In this document: positions 1-10,662 of the stretch, piece after piece
Layout: each line of letters opens with the position of its first letter
Position numbering within the stretch: position 1 is the first letter of the stretch
Source: an uncultured Verrucomicrobiae bacterium
GTDB lineage: Bacteria > Verrucomicrobiota > Verrucomicrobiia > Chthoniobacterales > JAFAMB01
Assembly (NCBI GenBank): GCA_963837955.1
Contig: CAWIPH010000002.1
Span: 4,128,001-4,192,000 of the forward strand
DNA: 64,000 nucleotides
Direction of reading: 5' to 3'
The notes under the pieces: generated by a model
Databases searched by the model: none
What the model was told of the DNA's origin: nothing
What the model saw: only the letters and a program-made list of their open reading frames with translations
Program-made: the position numbers and the translations under genes

Positions 1-770
1 GTCAAAAAGCCAACCAAAATTGCACCGATGACGCTGACGGCATAGGTCTCAAACACGTCGGCAGCCATTCCGGCACAATCTCCAACGTTATCGCCCACGT
101 TATCGGCTATGGTTGCAGGATTTCTCGGATCGTCTTCTTCCAGGTTGCTTTCGATTTTCCCTACTAAATCGGCCCCTACATCAGCCGCTTTCGTGTAAAT
201 CCCGCCACCAAGTCGGGCAAAGACGCTGATAAGGCTCGCTCCCAAAGCAAGGCCGACCAGACTACTAACTGCTTTCTCGGCGGATAAGACCGAACTACAA
301 ATCAAATAAAACAGTCCGACCGAGAGCAGCGCGAGACCGACAACCAAAAGACCGGTTACTGCCCCACCGTTGAAAGCCACTCTCAGGGCACTCTCGCGTG
401 ATTTCGTCGCAGCTTGGGCGGTCCGACAATTTGAAATAACAGCAACCCGCATCCCGACGTACCCGGCCAACATCGAGCACACCGCTCCTATGCTAAACCC
501 TATGGCGGTAAACAAATCACGGGTAAATACCAGTAGAACAAAAATCACCACCGCGATTATGCTGACGGAAATAATTTGTCGGTTCAGATAAGCCTTCGCT
601 CCCTCCTCAATGGCCGCAGCTATCTGTCGCATCCGATCGTTTCCCGGAGACAGCGCGAAAATCATTCTGATCAAATAGAGTGCTGCGCCTAGACCAATAA
701 TCGCACAGATAAGCGCAAACCAGATCCCGGATTGTAGGAGGAAACTCGTGGCTAAGGAGGGAACAATCAT
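1..770 (-). CDS. hppA: Membrane-bound H+/Na+-translocating pyrophosphatase, 5' part (runs off the window)
   Basis: Not in the ORF track. Hand translation from ATG 770 gives [10 protein letters not shown]...[23 protein letters not shown]...[56 protein letters not shown], the mPPase signature motifs. Confidence 0.95.
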   Translation of the reverse strand, partial: MIVPSLATSFLLQSGIWFALICAIIGLGAALYLIRMIFALSPGNDRMRQIAAAIEEGAKAYLNRQIISVSIIAVVIFVLLVFTRDLFTAIGFSIGAVCSMLAGYVGMRVAVISNCRTAQAATKSRESALRVAFNGGAVTGLLVVGLALLSVGLFYLICSSVLSAEKAVSSLVGLALGASLISVFARLGGGIYTKAADVGADLVGKIESNLEEDDPRNPATIADNVGDNVGDCAGMAADVFETYAVSVIGAILVGFL

Positions 771-1006
771 ATTACTGGATAAAAGTACAACAGATGGCTA
801 AGCAGAGGCATTTTTGCAAACACAAGTAATTAGTAAGATAAAAGTGGGTTTATAATCGTAGAATCAGCGGGACCACCGTGAATGATCGCGCCAGAATCGT
901 CCGCCAGACGATCAAAAGCGGACGGCGGCCATAAACGGCATTCGCAGAAGCAAAGCAGTCAGTCTAACACAAGTGAATCTGCTTTCTTCATTCGCTGCAC
1001 TTCAAA

Positions 1007-1903
1007 TCAACGGGCCACTGCGGCAATAATAGCTTTTTGGGCGTGAAGTCTGTTCTCAGCTTGAGAAAATATCGTGGTCGCATTTGCTTCCAAAATCGAA
1101 TCGGTGATTTCTTTACTCCGGTAAGCCGGGAGGCAATGCATAACCAGAGCTTGCGGCCCAGCTAGTCTGACCAATGCCTCGTTAATTTGAAATTCGGCCA
1201 AGTCAGAGTATCGGCCTTCGCTTTCCGCTTCTTTACCCATGCTCACCCACACATCGGTATAGAGTACGTTAGCTCCCGCACCTGCTTCCTTTAAATTGCC
1301 GGTGAACGAGATCTTCGGACTTTTCACTCGTTTCTTTAGGGCTTCCGATGGTTGGTATTTCTGGGGAGCCGCGATTCGAAGCTCGAACCCCAAGTGTTCG
1401 GCCGCCCAAATCCAAGAACGAGTTACATTGGAATCGCCGTCACCAACAAAGCAAAGTCGTAGATCATCGATGGTGCCGCGTTGTTCCAAAATCGTGAATA
1501 AATCCGCCACGATTTGACAGGGGTGTTCCTCGTCGGTCAATGCATTGATCGTAGGAATTCCGCTATAATTTGCGAATGATTCGAGATCGGCCTGAGCAAA
1601 CGTCCGAATTACCGCTCCGTGAACCATCCGACCTAATACCCGAGCCGTGTCGATAATCGGTTCCCCCCGCCCAAGCTGAAGGTCGTTCTGCGAGAGAAAT
1701 ATTACATTAGCTCCCAACTCTCGCAGCCCAACTTCAAAGCTTACCCGGGTACGGGTCGACGGTTTGTTGAACATCAACGCCCAAGTCTGTCCAGTAAGCA
1801 GCGATGCGGATTGACCGCGTGTCGCCTTGAATCTTTGCGTATCCTCCAGCAACCGTAGTAGCTCTGCCCGGTTTGAGTTTTCGACCGAAAGGAAATTCGT
1901 CAT
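1007..1903 (-). CDS. argF: Ornithine carbamoyltransferase
   Basis: STRTRVSF, HPCQ, DVWVSMG and HCLP motifs. Likely ATG at 1903 overlaps the argD stop (ATGA). Confidence 0.95.
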   Translation of the reverse strand: MTNFLSVENSNRAELLRLLEDTQRFKATRGQSASLLTGQTWALMFNKPSTRTRVSFEVGLRELGANVIFLSQNDLQLGRGEPIIDTARVLGRMVHGAVIRTFAQADLESFANYSGIPTINALTDEEHPCQIVADLFTILEQRGTIDDLRLCFVGDGDSNVTRSWIWAAEHLGFELRIAAPQKYQPSEALKKRVKSPKISFTGNLKEAGAGANVLYTDVWVSMGKEAESEGRYSDLAEFQINEALVRLAGPQALVMHCLPAYRSKEITDSILEANATTIFSQAENRLHAQKAIIAAVAR

Positions 1904-3177
1904 CGGCCCCAAAAACTTTGCAATGTCCGATCCAGAATATTCACCGCCTCAAGTATATCGGCCTCCTCGACGATCAGGGGCGGCAGCCATCTGACTACCG
2001 TTGAACCGGCCGGGGCGGTCAACAAACCATTCCGCATCAAAGCGGTGACCACGGTTTGAGCAATGGTTTTACCCTGGGAAGCATGGCTCGCTAATTCTGC
2101 GTCTAACTCGATCCCAATCATCAAGCCAAGTCCGCGCACTTCCTTAACGCCTCGAACCTTTCTGATCCGCTCCACCGCCAAGCTGCCTAGTTTGGCCGCA
2201 CGCTCGACCAAACGCTCCTCTTCGATCGTCTGGAGGACCGCTAGCGATACAGCACAGGCTAACGGCGTGCCGCCATACGTCGTACCATGGCTACCAGGTT
2301 GAAACAGATCACATAGCTGAATCTCGCTTCCGTCGGATCTTTGGATCGCTTTCGCCCGGAACCAAGTAGCGCCCAACGGAAAGCCACCGCCAATCCCCTT
2401 GGCCCAGCTCACCGCGTCCGGTATGACCTCCGGCGCGATTGCTTTCCATCCGCACCAATGGCCGACCCGACCGAGGCCACACTGAATCTCGTCGAACATG
2501 AGCAAAATGCCGTGCTCATCGCACAATCGTCTCAATCCGACCAAAAACTCACTCGAAGCCGCATGTATGCCCCCTTCGCCCTGAAAAGCTTCCAATAGAA
2601 TCCCCATTGTTTGGTCGGAGATGGCTGCCTCAACCGCCGCCAGGTCGTTAAAAGGCAAATGCCGAAATCCAGCCAGCAACGGAGCAAAGCCGGTCTTTAC
2701 CTTTTCTTGACCCGTCGCCGAAATTCCGGCCATTGTTCGGCCGTGAAACGAGCGTTCGAACGTTAGTATCTCTACTCGGCTTCCTGAATCTTTTGCCGTG
2801 GATTTACACTCATTTCCGTACTTCCGAGCAGCCTTGAATAATGCTTCGTTCGCTTCCGCTCCACTGTTGGAGAAAAAGACCTTGCCCGGAGACCCCACTA
2901 ACTCTACGAGGCGCTTGGCCAATCGGCCCTGCGGCTCGGTGTAATAGAGATTGGAGGTATGAATGAGCGTTTCGGCCTGTTGACTCAATACTTGGACCAT
3001 TTTGGGGTGCGCATGACCCAAAGTGGACACAGCTATGCCAGCACCAAAATCGAGATAGCTATTCCCCGCGTCGTCCCAAACCCGAACGCCTTCGCCGCGT
3101 GTCAAGACCACGTCGTAGCGGCCGTAGCACGGCACTACATAATCAGTAAAAAGCTGTTTCGTAGTCGATTCCTTCAT
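1900..3177 (-). CDS. argD: Acetylornithine aminotransferase (class III PLP)
   Basis: NSGAEANE, SFHGRT, DEIQCGLGR, AKGIGGG and HGTTYGG motifs; arg operon context. Confidence 0.92.
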   Translation of the reverse strand: MKESTTKQLFTDYVVPCYGRYDVVLTRGEGVRVWDDAGNSYLDFGAGIAVSTLGHAHPKMVQVLSQQAETLIHTSNLYYTEPQGRLAKRLVELVGSPGKVFFSNSGAEANEALFKAARKYGNECKSTAKDSGSRVEILTFERSFHGRTMAGISATGQEKVKTGFAPLLAGFRHLPFNDLAAVEAAISDQTMGILLEAFQGEGGIHAASSEFLVGLRRLCDEHGILLMFDEIQCGLGRVGHWCGWKAIAPEVIPDAVSWAKGIGGGFPLGATWFRAKAIQRSDGSEIQLCDLFQPGSHGTTYGGTPLACAVSLAVLQTIEEERLVERAAKLGSLAVERIRKVRGVKEVRGLGLMIGIELDAELASHASQGKTIAQTVVTALMRNGLLTAPAGSTVVRWLPPLIVEEADILEAVNILDRTLQSFWGR

Positions 3178-3350
3178 CTCCTGAAAGGCGCTACCATAAC
3201 GCGTTGCCGCGGCGGCACAAGAGACACTCTACGATCAGGTGCGAGTCGACATTAACGGACGCGAATTTAGGGGTACCCTCATTCGTGTCTATTCCTACCG
3301 ATCAGTGTCTCAAAAGTATCAAGCTAATCCGTTTCCACGGAGGAGCGGGC

Positions 3351-4226
3351 TCAGGCCACGATTTCCGTACCGATTCCGTCGGCCGTGAAAATCTCTAGAA
3401 GGAGAGCGTGCGGAATTCTGCCGTCAATCAGGTGTACTTTCGATACGCCGTGATCGATCGCGGCCAAAGCGGACTGTACCTTGGGAATCATGCCTCCTTC
3501 AATGATTCCGTCTTCGGTCAATTGACGGATTCCAGCCGGGTTGAGTGTCGGTATCAACGAAGAGGGATCTTTGACATTGCGCATTACCCCCAGCACATCG
3601 CTGACATAGATCATCTTCGAAGCCTTCACGGCCCCAGCTAGCGCGCCGGCACCTAGGTCGGCGTTCACATTGAGAATCACCCCGTCTTCGGATTGGGCGA
3701 TAGGAGAGATAACCGGAACAACCTCTCGCTCGATCGCTTCGCTGACTCGCTCAAGCCGGAGCGAAACGACTTCTCCGACCAGTCCGACGTCGACGACTTT
3801 TTTGCCGTCGGATTGCGGAGCCACTTTTTTAGCCACAAAAACTTCTCGCCCGGAAAATCCTTCGGCCTTTCCTCCGAATTCATTCATCGCGGCGACGATT
3901 CGAGGCCGAATAAGCCGATCGAGCACGTCCTCCACAATCACAATCGCTTGCTCATCCGTCACTCGGAGCCCGTTGACAAAACGGGGAACTTGGCCGGCTT
4001 CCCGCATGCGCTGCGTGATGGCCTTACCACCGCCATGGATGAGGACGGGATTGATTCCAACCGTCTCGAGAAAGACTACGTCTCGGAGCAGCCGTTCGAT
4101 GAGGTGGTCATCCTCCATCGCGCTGCCGCCATATTTAATAACAAAAGTCTGACCCCGGAATTTTTGGATGAACGGTAGAGCATCCAGCAAAGCCTCTGCC
4201 CGCCCAGAATCGAGTTTCTTTTCCAT
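3351..4226 (-). CDS. argB: Acetylglutamate kinase
   Basis: VIKYGGSAM, HGGG, GLRVTD, NVNAD and GGMIPKV motifs. Confidence 0.95.
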   Translation of the reverse strand: MEKKLDSGRAEALLDALPFIQKFRGQTFVIKYGGSAMEDDHLIERLLRDVVFLETVGINPVLIHGGGKAITQRMREAGQVPRFVNGLRVTDEQAIVIVEDVLDRLIRPRIVAAMNEFGGKAEGFSGREVFVAKKVAPQSDGKKVVDVGLVGEVVSLRLERVSEAIEREVVPVISPIAQSEDGVILNVNADLGAGALAGAVKASKMIYVSDVLGVMRNVKDPSSLIPTLNPAGIRQLTEDGIIEGGMIPKVQSALAAIDHGVSKVHLIDGRIPHALLLEIFTADGIGTEIVA

Positions 4227-4247
4227 TACAAATTACTTCCTTCATCA

Positions 4248-5462
4248 CTACTCGCCCATATTCAGTTTCACGTATTCTGGGGTTAGATCGGTAGTGAATA
4301 CATTGTATTCAGCTGAGCCTAGATGAAGGTCAATGGTAACAGTAAATTTTTTATTGCTTAAGATTTCTTTGATTTTGTGCGGAGGCGTCGAGCTGGCGAT
4401 TCCGTGCTCGACGGCGACGACGCCATTGAAAAAGATATCAATCATCTCTTCCTGCACCTTGGCAGATGAATAGCCAACGGCGCCCATGATCCGGCCCCAG
4501 TTGGGGTCCTCACCGTACCAACTGCTCTTAACTAGGTTCGAGTTGGCCACCGCCTCAGCAACCTTCCGCGCGTCCTGGTATGTGGCAGCACCTTTGACTT
4601 GGAGTTCCACGAACTTGCTGACACCTTCTCCGTCCTCGACGATCATTCGCGCAAGGTTCCGCGTGATGTAGTCGAGTCCCGCCGCGAAATACGAAGACTC
4701 TTCCTGTTCAAGGCCCAGCGGTGGATTGCCAGCCATCCCGTTAGCCAGACAAATGGCGGTATCGTTTGTACTCATATCGCCGTCGATAGTGATGCAGTTA
4801 AAGGATTGCTCGACGCTAACGGAAAAAAGTTTCTGGAGTATCCGCTTTGGAATTACCGCATCAGTTGTAATTACACAAAGCATCGTCGCCATGTTCGGAT
4901 CGATCATGCCTGCTCCTTTGGCAGCTCCCCCAATCCGGACCTTTGCTCCGGCAATACTCATTTCGATTGCGATCTCTTTGGCAAACGTGTCCGACGTCAT
5001 GATAGCACGTGCAAATGCCGCACCTTGATCGGTCGTGAGCTCGTCGACTAATTTTGGAATTGCTCCTTCAATTCGCTCAATCGGCAATGGTATTCCGATC
5101 CGTCCGGTGGAGCAGACCAACACCTGTCGTTCCTTCCAGCGCCCCTCCTTAGCTACCACCTGCGCCATTCTCTTGGCATGCTGGATACCGGTTGAACCGG
5201 TGCAAGCGTTGGCGTTACCGCTATTGATGATGACTGCCCGGGTTTCGCTCGAACGTATATGCTTCGCCGAAACCCTTACCGGAGCAGCTTTTATCTTATT
5301 CGTGGTAAAGGTAGCCGCAGCGACCGCCGGTACGGTGGAAGCGACGAGCGCCAGATCCGCAACTGCGTGACCATGTTCCTTAACGCCACACCAGGTAGCC
5401 GAAGCCGTGAAACCAAGCGGAGCGGTAATGCCTCCAGTAATCTCAGAGAAACCCAAAGCCAT
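4248..5462 (-). CDS. argJ: Ornithine acetyltransferase / N-acetylglutamate synthase
   Basis: NSGNANACTG, KGAGMIDPNMATML autocleavage motif, DGDMSTND and DGEG. Confidence 0.95.
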   Translation of the reverse strand: MALGFSEITGGITAPLGFTASATWCGVKEHGHAVADLALVASTVPAVAAATFTTNKIKAAPVRVSAKHIRSSETRAVIINSGNANACTGSTGIQHAKRMAQVVAKEGRWKERQVLVCSTGRIGIPLPIERIEGAIPKLVDELTTDQGAAFARAIMTSDTFAKEIAIEMSIAGAKVRIGGAAKGAGMIDPNMATMLCVITTDAVIPKRILQKLFSVSVEQSFNCITIDGDMSTNDTAICLANGMAGNPPLGLEQEESSYFAAGLDYITRNLARMIVEDGEGVSKFVELQVKGAATYQDARKVAEAVANSNLVKSSWYGEDPNWGRIMGAVGYSSAKVQEEMIDIFFNGVVAVEHGIASSTPPHKIKEILSNKKFTVTIDLHLGSAEYNVFTTDLTPEYVKLNMGE

Positions 5463-5617
5463 GTTCGGTTGCTTTGATTCGTTTACTGCAGCCGACGTTT
5501 TCTGCCGAGAGAATTGTAGTTAAAATTGCAATAGCACCCGAAAGCCAATCCAATGATTGGCAGGCCAATCGTATTCTAGCGCCTATATTGCGAGGGTCTG
5601 ACGCAGTGCCGTCCGGG

Positions 5618-6652
5618 TCAGCTTAGGCCGATGCCCTCTTCCCAGCCCAGCATGATATTCAGGCATTGAATGGCTTGGCCGGCTGCCCCCTTCATCAGGT
5701 TGTCGAGGGCCGACATCAAAATTATCTTTCCGGTGCGGGAATCGACCCGCCAAGCGATCTCGACCCCATTAGAATGGGCAACGTTCTTAACATCGGGATA
5801 TCGGTCGCTCCCGAGAAGCCGGACGAATCGGTCGCTGCCATACGCCTTTGCATAGGCCTCGCTGATTTGCTCTTCGTTGGCATTGCCATCCGCATGGATC
5901 GTCGTCAAAATTCCTCGGTTTAGAGGGACCAGGTGCGGCGCAAACTGGATTTTGGTCTCCCGGCCCGCCGCCAGCGAAATCTCTTGTTCGATCTCAGATA
6001 AGTGACGGTGGAGCGGTAGCCCGTACGGTCTGGCGCTCTCGTTGCATTCGACGAAAAGCAATTCGATCTCTGCTTTTCGGCCAGCTCCGCTGACCCCGCT
6101 CATACTCGCTGCTACGATAGAATCGGCTCGAATCAAACCCGCTCGAACCAGCGGGAGAACCGGCAGCAGTATACTCGTGGGATAACATCCAGGACACGCC
6201 ACCAGTTCAGCTGTACGGATTCGGTCCCGGTAGATTTCCGCCAACCCATAGATCGCCCGATTGAGAAGCGCCTTGGCCGGATGATCTTTACGATAAAATT
6301 CGCGATACACCTGCGGATCACGGGTTCGAAAGTCCGCGCTCAAATCCAAAACCCGGATTCCGGCGTCCAACAAGGGACCAACGAATTCCGACGCAACTCC
6401 ATGCGGTAGGGCCAGGAAAGCAGCAGCCACGTTTTTTCCTTCCAAACTGGCTATTTCAGGAGGGGCGAACCGCAATTCTGCCACCGGACTCCGCGGATCC
6501 ATCCACGGAAATAGATCGGACGCTTTCTTCTCTACATGCTGCCGAGAAGTGAGGCCAACGATCCGAACGTGGGGATGCTGGATCAAGCGACGAACGAGTT
6601 CTTCCCCGGAATACCCGCTTGCTCCAAAGACTACTACGTTGGTCTGATTCAT
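5618..6652 (-). CDS. argC: N-acetyl-gamma-glutamyl-phosphate reductase
   Basis: GASGYSG, LALPHG, DLSADFR, PGCYPT, SGVSGAG and DNLMKGAAGQA motifs. Likely start is ATG 6652. Confidence 0.95.
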   Translation of the reverse strand: MNQTNVVVFGASGYSGEELVRRLIQHPHVRIVGLTSRQHVEKKASDLFPWMDPRSPVAELRFAPPEIASLEGKNVAAAFLALPHGVASEFVGPLLDAGIRVLDLSADFRTRDPQVYREFYRKDHPAKALLNRAIYGLAEIYRDRIRTAELVACPGCYPTSILLPVLPLVRAGLIRADSIVAASMSGVSGAGRKAEIELLFVECNESARPYGLPLHRHLSEIEQEISLAAGRETKIQFAPHLVPLNRGILTTIHADGNANEEQISEAYAKAYGSDRFVRLLGSDRYPDVKNVAHSNGVEIAWRVDSRTGKIILMSALDNLMKGAAGQAIQCLNIMLGWEEGIGLS

Positions 6653-6834
6653 TAAGATAGGTCGGCTACAGGCAAATAGACACCATAGCCACTCGCTATT
6701 CATTGGAAAGTCCGCCGATTCAGGAAAGTGCCCTGCATGGTTTGAGACTTAGGCCGGCTATCGATTTTGCGGGCGATGCAAAATCCACGCTAGTTTTCCG
6801 AAATGCTACGTGTAGCTTCCGGGTCTCCGATACG

Positions 6835-8712
6835 ATGTCTGAGCAACGAAAAACTCTGAATGAGCGGCAGGGTATGACCGACCTGGAGCGGCTTCGGCAT
6901 TCGTGTGCCCACGTCCTGGCTTCCGCTATCCTGCGCATCTGGCCACAAGCTCAATTCGCAGCAGGACCGCCGGTAGAGAATGGATTTTACTACGATCTCG
7001 AACTCGACCATCGGATCTCCCTCGAAGACTTCGAGCGGATCGAGGCGGAGATGAAGAAAATCGTGAAGGAGAATCAGCCTTTCGAAAGGATCGAAGTAAG
7101 TCGAGAGCAAGCTTTCGAGATGGCCCGAGAGGGCCGTCTAGCTGCCCTAAGTCCACGCGAGCAGCCAAGCAAATTTAAACTCGATATCTTAGAAAATATT
7201 CCAAAAGACGAGGCAATCACACTCTACCGGAACGGTGATTTTACCGATCTTTGCGCCGGGCCACACGTACTGCGCACAGGCAATGTTGGCGCATTCAAAT
7301 TAACAAGCGTGGCCAGCGCCTACTACAAAGGGGATGCGAATAATCCGCAGCTTCAACGAGTGTACGGGACGGCTTTCAAAAACCGGACGGAGTTAGATGC
7401 TCACTTTGCTCAACTCGAGGAAGCAAAAAAGCGTGATCATCGGAAACTCGGCCGCGAGCAAGGCCTTTTTCATATTGATGAACAAGTCGGACAGGGACTC
7501 ATCCTTTGGAAGCCCAAAGGAGCAATCATTCGGCAGGAACTTCAAACCTTTATCGGAGAAGAGTTGCGCAAGCAGGGGTACTCCGAAGTATTTACTCCGC
7601 ACATCGGGAAACTCGACCTTTATCGGACGTCGGGCCACTATCCTTACTACCGCGAGTCGCAATTCCCGCCGCTCATCGAGCCGGAGGCACTGAAACGCCT
7701 AGCTGACGAGGGTTGTAGCTGTGCCACGCTCGTCAACTTGCTCGAAAAAGGGGATCTCGACGGATATTTGCTCAAGCCGATGAACTGCCCGATGCACATC
7801 AAAATCTACGCGTCGGAACTTCGCTCTTATCGCGACTTGCCAGTGAGGCTATCTGAGTTTGGAACCGTCTACCGCTGGGAGCAATCAGGAGAGCTGGGAG
7901 GGATGACCAGAGTGCGCGGCTTTACCCAGGATGATGGGCACATTTTTTGCACCGAGGAACAGCTCCCAAATGAGCTTCTGCAGTGCCTGGCTCTCGGCCT
8001 CAATGTACTACGGACGCTCGGGTTGGATCAATTTCGCGCCAGACTCGGCTTGAGGGATCCCGACTCTTCTAAGTATATCGGTAGCCCTGCCCAATGGGAT
8101 AAAGCGGAATCGGCGTTGCAACAAATAGCAGCAAAGGCTGGGATCTCCTACACCGTCGAAGAAGGTGAAGCGGCATTTTATGGGCCAAAAATCGATTTCA
8201 TCGTGAAAGACGTGATCGGTCGTGATTGGCAACTGGGGACCATTCAGGTCGATTACAATTTGCCGGAACGATTTAACCTAAGCTATATCGACTCTGACAA
8301 CTCCCCGAAGCGGCCAGTCATGATTCATCGAGCTCCGTTTGGATCGCTCGAACGATTTTGCGGACTTCTGATCGAGCATTTTGCTGGCGCCTTCCCGCTT
8401 TGGTTGGCGCCAGAACAGGTCCGAGTACTACCTATTTCCGAAAAGCATCTGCCGTATGGCAGACAAATATTGTCGGAATTAAACGGAGCTAAAATTCGGG
8501 CTTCTCTCGACGAAAGTTCCGACAAGATTGGAGCTAAAATTCGGCTTGCTCAGCTCGAAAAGGTCCCCTATATGTTGGTCCTCGGCGCACGAGAAGAACA
8601 AGTCGGCGAAGTGGCTGTGCGCAGTCGTTTCCGCGGTGATGAGGGAGCTGTGAGTGCGCCGTTTTTTTTGGAAAGAATTCAGACGGAAATTAAAGATCGA
8701 AAACTTGATTAA
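6835..8712 (+). CDS. thrS: Threonyl-tRNA synthetase
   Basis: RHSCAH, DLCAGPH, RDHRKLG, KPMNCP, RVRGFTQDD and AFYGPKID motifs. Likely ATG 6835. Confidence 0.96.
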   Translation: MSEQRKTLNERQGMTDLERLRHSCAHVLASAILRIWPQAQFAAGPPVENGFYYDLELDHRISLEDFERIEAEMKKIVKENQPFERIEVSREQAFEMAREGRLAALSPREQPSKFKLDILENIPKDEAITLYRNGDFTDLCAGPHVLRTGNVGAFKLTSVASAYYKGDANNPQLQRVYGTAFKNRTELDAHFAQLEEAKKRDHRKLGREQGLFHIDEQVGQGLILWKPKGAIIRQELQTFIGEELRKQGYSEVFTPHIGKLDLYRTSGHYPYYRESQFPPLIEPEALKRLADEGCSCATLVNLLEKGDLDGYLLKPMNCPMHIKIYASELRSYRDLPVRLSEFGTVYRWEQSGELGGMTRVRGFTQDDGHIFCTEEQLPNELLQCLALGLNVLRTLGLDQFRARLGLRDPDSSKYIGSPAQWDKAESALQQIAAKAGISYTVEEGEAAFYGPKIDFIVKDVIGRDWQLGTIQVDYNLPERFNLSYIDSDNSPKRPVMIHRAPFGSLERFCGLLIEHFAGAFPLWLAPEQVRVLPISEKHLPYGRQILSELNGAKIRASLDESSDKIGAKIRLAQLEKVPYMLVLGAREEQVGEVAVRSRFRGDEGAVSAPFFLERIQTEIKDRKLD

Positions 8713-8757
8713 GCGAGGTGGTCAGCTCCCGGTCTCGCTTTCTAGGAGAATAGTTTT

Positions 8758-9339
8758 ATTCAGCAACAGCAGATTCGAGTAAATGGCCGAATTCGCGCGC
8801 GCGAAGTCCGGGTCATCTTGGGAGCAACCAACGAACAGTTGGGCATCATGAAGATTCAGGACGCGCTGCGGAAAGCGCAGTCTATCGGCTTGGACTTGGT
8901 GGAAGTAGCGCCTAGCGCGAATCCGCCGGTGTGTAAGATCGTAGATTTCGGAAAATATCGTTACGATCTCTCGAAACAGGATAAGGATCGGAAGTCGTCC
9001 GGATCGAGGCTCAAAGAGATCAAGTTCCGCGTTAATATCGATCCGCACGACTACATGATCAAAGTGCGTCACGCCGAAGAATTTCTGGAGAAAGGAAACA
9101 AGGTGAAGGCGCAGCTGCAGTTCCGCGGACGCGAACTCAGTCACAAAGAGCTTGGGTACCAGCTGATGACTCGACTCAAAGATGATTTGACGACGATGGG
9201 ACAGGCTGAAATGGAGCCCAAGCTCATGGGCAAAAGCATTAGCATGACGATCGCTCCTCTGCCGGCTAGCAAGCGAAAGCGCCGGTTCGCGCCCCCCGAT
9301 GAAGCACTTCCCCCGGAACCTCCCGACTCGGAGGAATGA
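8758..9339 (+). CDS. infC: Translation initiation factor IF-3 (ATT start)
   Basis: RVNGRIRAREVRVI, DLVEVAP, PPVCKIVDFGKYRY and FRGRE motifs. In-frame TAG at 8743-8745, AGGAG at 8744-8748, ATT at 8758. Confidence 0.93.
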   Translation: MQQQQIRVNGRIRAREVRVILGATNEQLGIMKIQDALRKAQSIGLDLVEVAPSANPPVCKIVDFGKYRYDLSKQDKDRKSSGSRLKEIKFRVNIDPHDYMIKVRHAEEFLEKGNKVKAQLQFRGRELSHKELGYQLMTRLKDDLTTMGQAEMEPKLMGKSISMTIAPLPASKRKRRFAPPDEALPPEPPDSEE

Positions 9340-10007
9340 AGCTCATCCTCTTTGATATCGACGGGACGTTGCTGACGACTGACGGCGCAGGGCGCGCCGC
9401 TTTGAGAGCGGCCGGTGCAGATATTTTCGGCATAGAAGAAGACCTCGAAGGCGTGGCCGTCTCGGGGAATACCGATGTTGCGATCGTCCATGAAATCCTG
9501 AAGAAAAACGGGATTCCTGAGTCTGAGGTTAACGTTAATCGCTACCTGGGCGCCTATTTAACCCACCTCAAACAGCGGTTGCTGCAACAGCCTGGCGATA
9601 TCCTACCGGGTGTGGGTAAGCTGCTGGACGCGTGTGCGCGAGGAACTTGCGCAGTGGGACTTCTTACTGGCAATCTGCGGCGCGGTGCCGAAATGAAGCT
9701 TACTGCGCATCGTCTTTGGGATCGGTTCGGAATTGGCGCATTCGCAGATGATAGCCGGGATCGGAATATGCTCGGTCCGATCGCGAAAAGACGCGCAGAA
9801 GCAAAGTTTCAGGCGGCATGCGACGACCTATTCGTTATTGGCGATACTCCGCGCGACATCGCCTGCGGTAAGATTGCCAATGCAACTGTTGTAGCCGTAG
9901 CCACCGGTCGCTACTCTAAGGAAAGTCTGGCGACCCATCAGCCCGATTATCTATTCGAGGATCTAGGCGAAACCGAGACAGTGCTAGCGGCCCTCGGACT
10001 CGAGTAG
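9336..10007 (+). CDS. HAD-superfamily phosphatase
   Basis: FDIDGTL, LLTGN and IGDTPRD motifs; ATGA overlap with infC. Confidence 0.88.
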   Translation: MKLILFDIDGTLLTTDGAGRAALRAAGADIFGIEEDLEGVAVSGNTDVAIVHEILKKNGIPESEVNVNRYLGAYLTHLKQRLLQQPGDILPGVGKLLDACARGTCAVGLLTGNLRRGAEMKLTAHRLWDRFGIGAFADDSRDRNMLGPIAKRRAEAKFQAACDDLFVIGDTPRDIACGKIANATVVAVATGRYSKESLATHQPDYLFEDLGETETVLAALGLE

Positions 10008-10132
10008 CTCGTCCGGTAGAAGTGAGCGGAGAGCCAGCGGCAACTATCCCACTCGGGATTTATCTCGGGCGTAGCACGCGTCCCGACGAAGCCGCCTGCG
10101 AGCCCCAGACTAGGACTCCACGTCAGCGTGCT

Positions 10133-10474
10133 TCAGGCGAGCACTGCGACATCCTCGGAGAGCTTGATCGTCCGGCCGTCCGGATCGAGAAAACTGGCAT
10201 ATGGACCATCCAAACGCACGATGACCCCAGCCTCTCTGAGCTTCTCCAGCAGCGTCTCGCGGTCGCGAAGAGCGAGATATAGATGGAAATGACTTTCGAC
10301 TTCGCCGTCTTCACAGGTCCGAAACGAAATAGGCATCCCGCCGATCAGCAAATCGAAGTACCGGTGCTTGCGCTCACTGATGATCCCTCCTCCGAGCAGG
10401 CGAGTGTAAAAATCGCGCACCTCGCGCCATTTATTAGTAAAAACGGTGATGCAATAGAGCCGGGGGTAGCGCAT
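10133..10474 (-). CDS. VOC / glyoxalase-like protein
   Basis: RDFYTRLLG and FLDPDGRTIKL pattern. Start may be 10474 or 10516. Confidence 0.7.
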   Translation of the reverse strand: MRYPRLYCITVFTNKWREVRDFYTRLLGGGIISERKHRYFDLLIGGMPISFRTCEDGEVESHFHLYLALRDRETLLEKLREAGVIVRLDGPYASFLDPDGRTIKLSEDVAVLA

Positions 10475-10662
10475 TGTCTGTTTTCGTGGAGAACCGAGCT
10501 TGCGTTTCAGGACCATAGCATTTTGCTCTGAGAAATATCTAAATTACTGCATTTATAGTAAACATAATGCTACCGCAGCCCCTCGGTTCGGAGCAACCCT
10601 TAATTTTGAGCCAGGGTTTCCCGTTGCTGCCTCGCTCAAACGATGCTATACCTCGGCCTCTC

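Noticed and set aside
6703..6834. N-terminal extensions given by the ORF track (thrS, argC, STAS, AraC, RidA, kinase-sigma fusion, dnaN)
   Set aside because: The extensions lack family motifs or run through promoter regions; downstream starts fit better.
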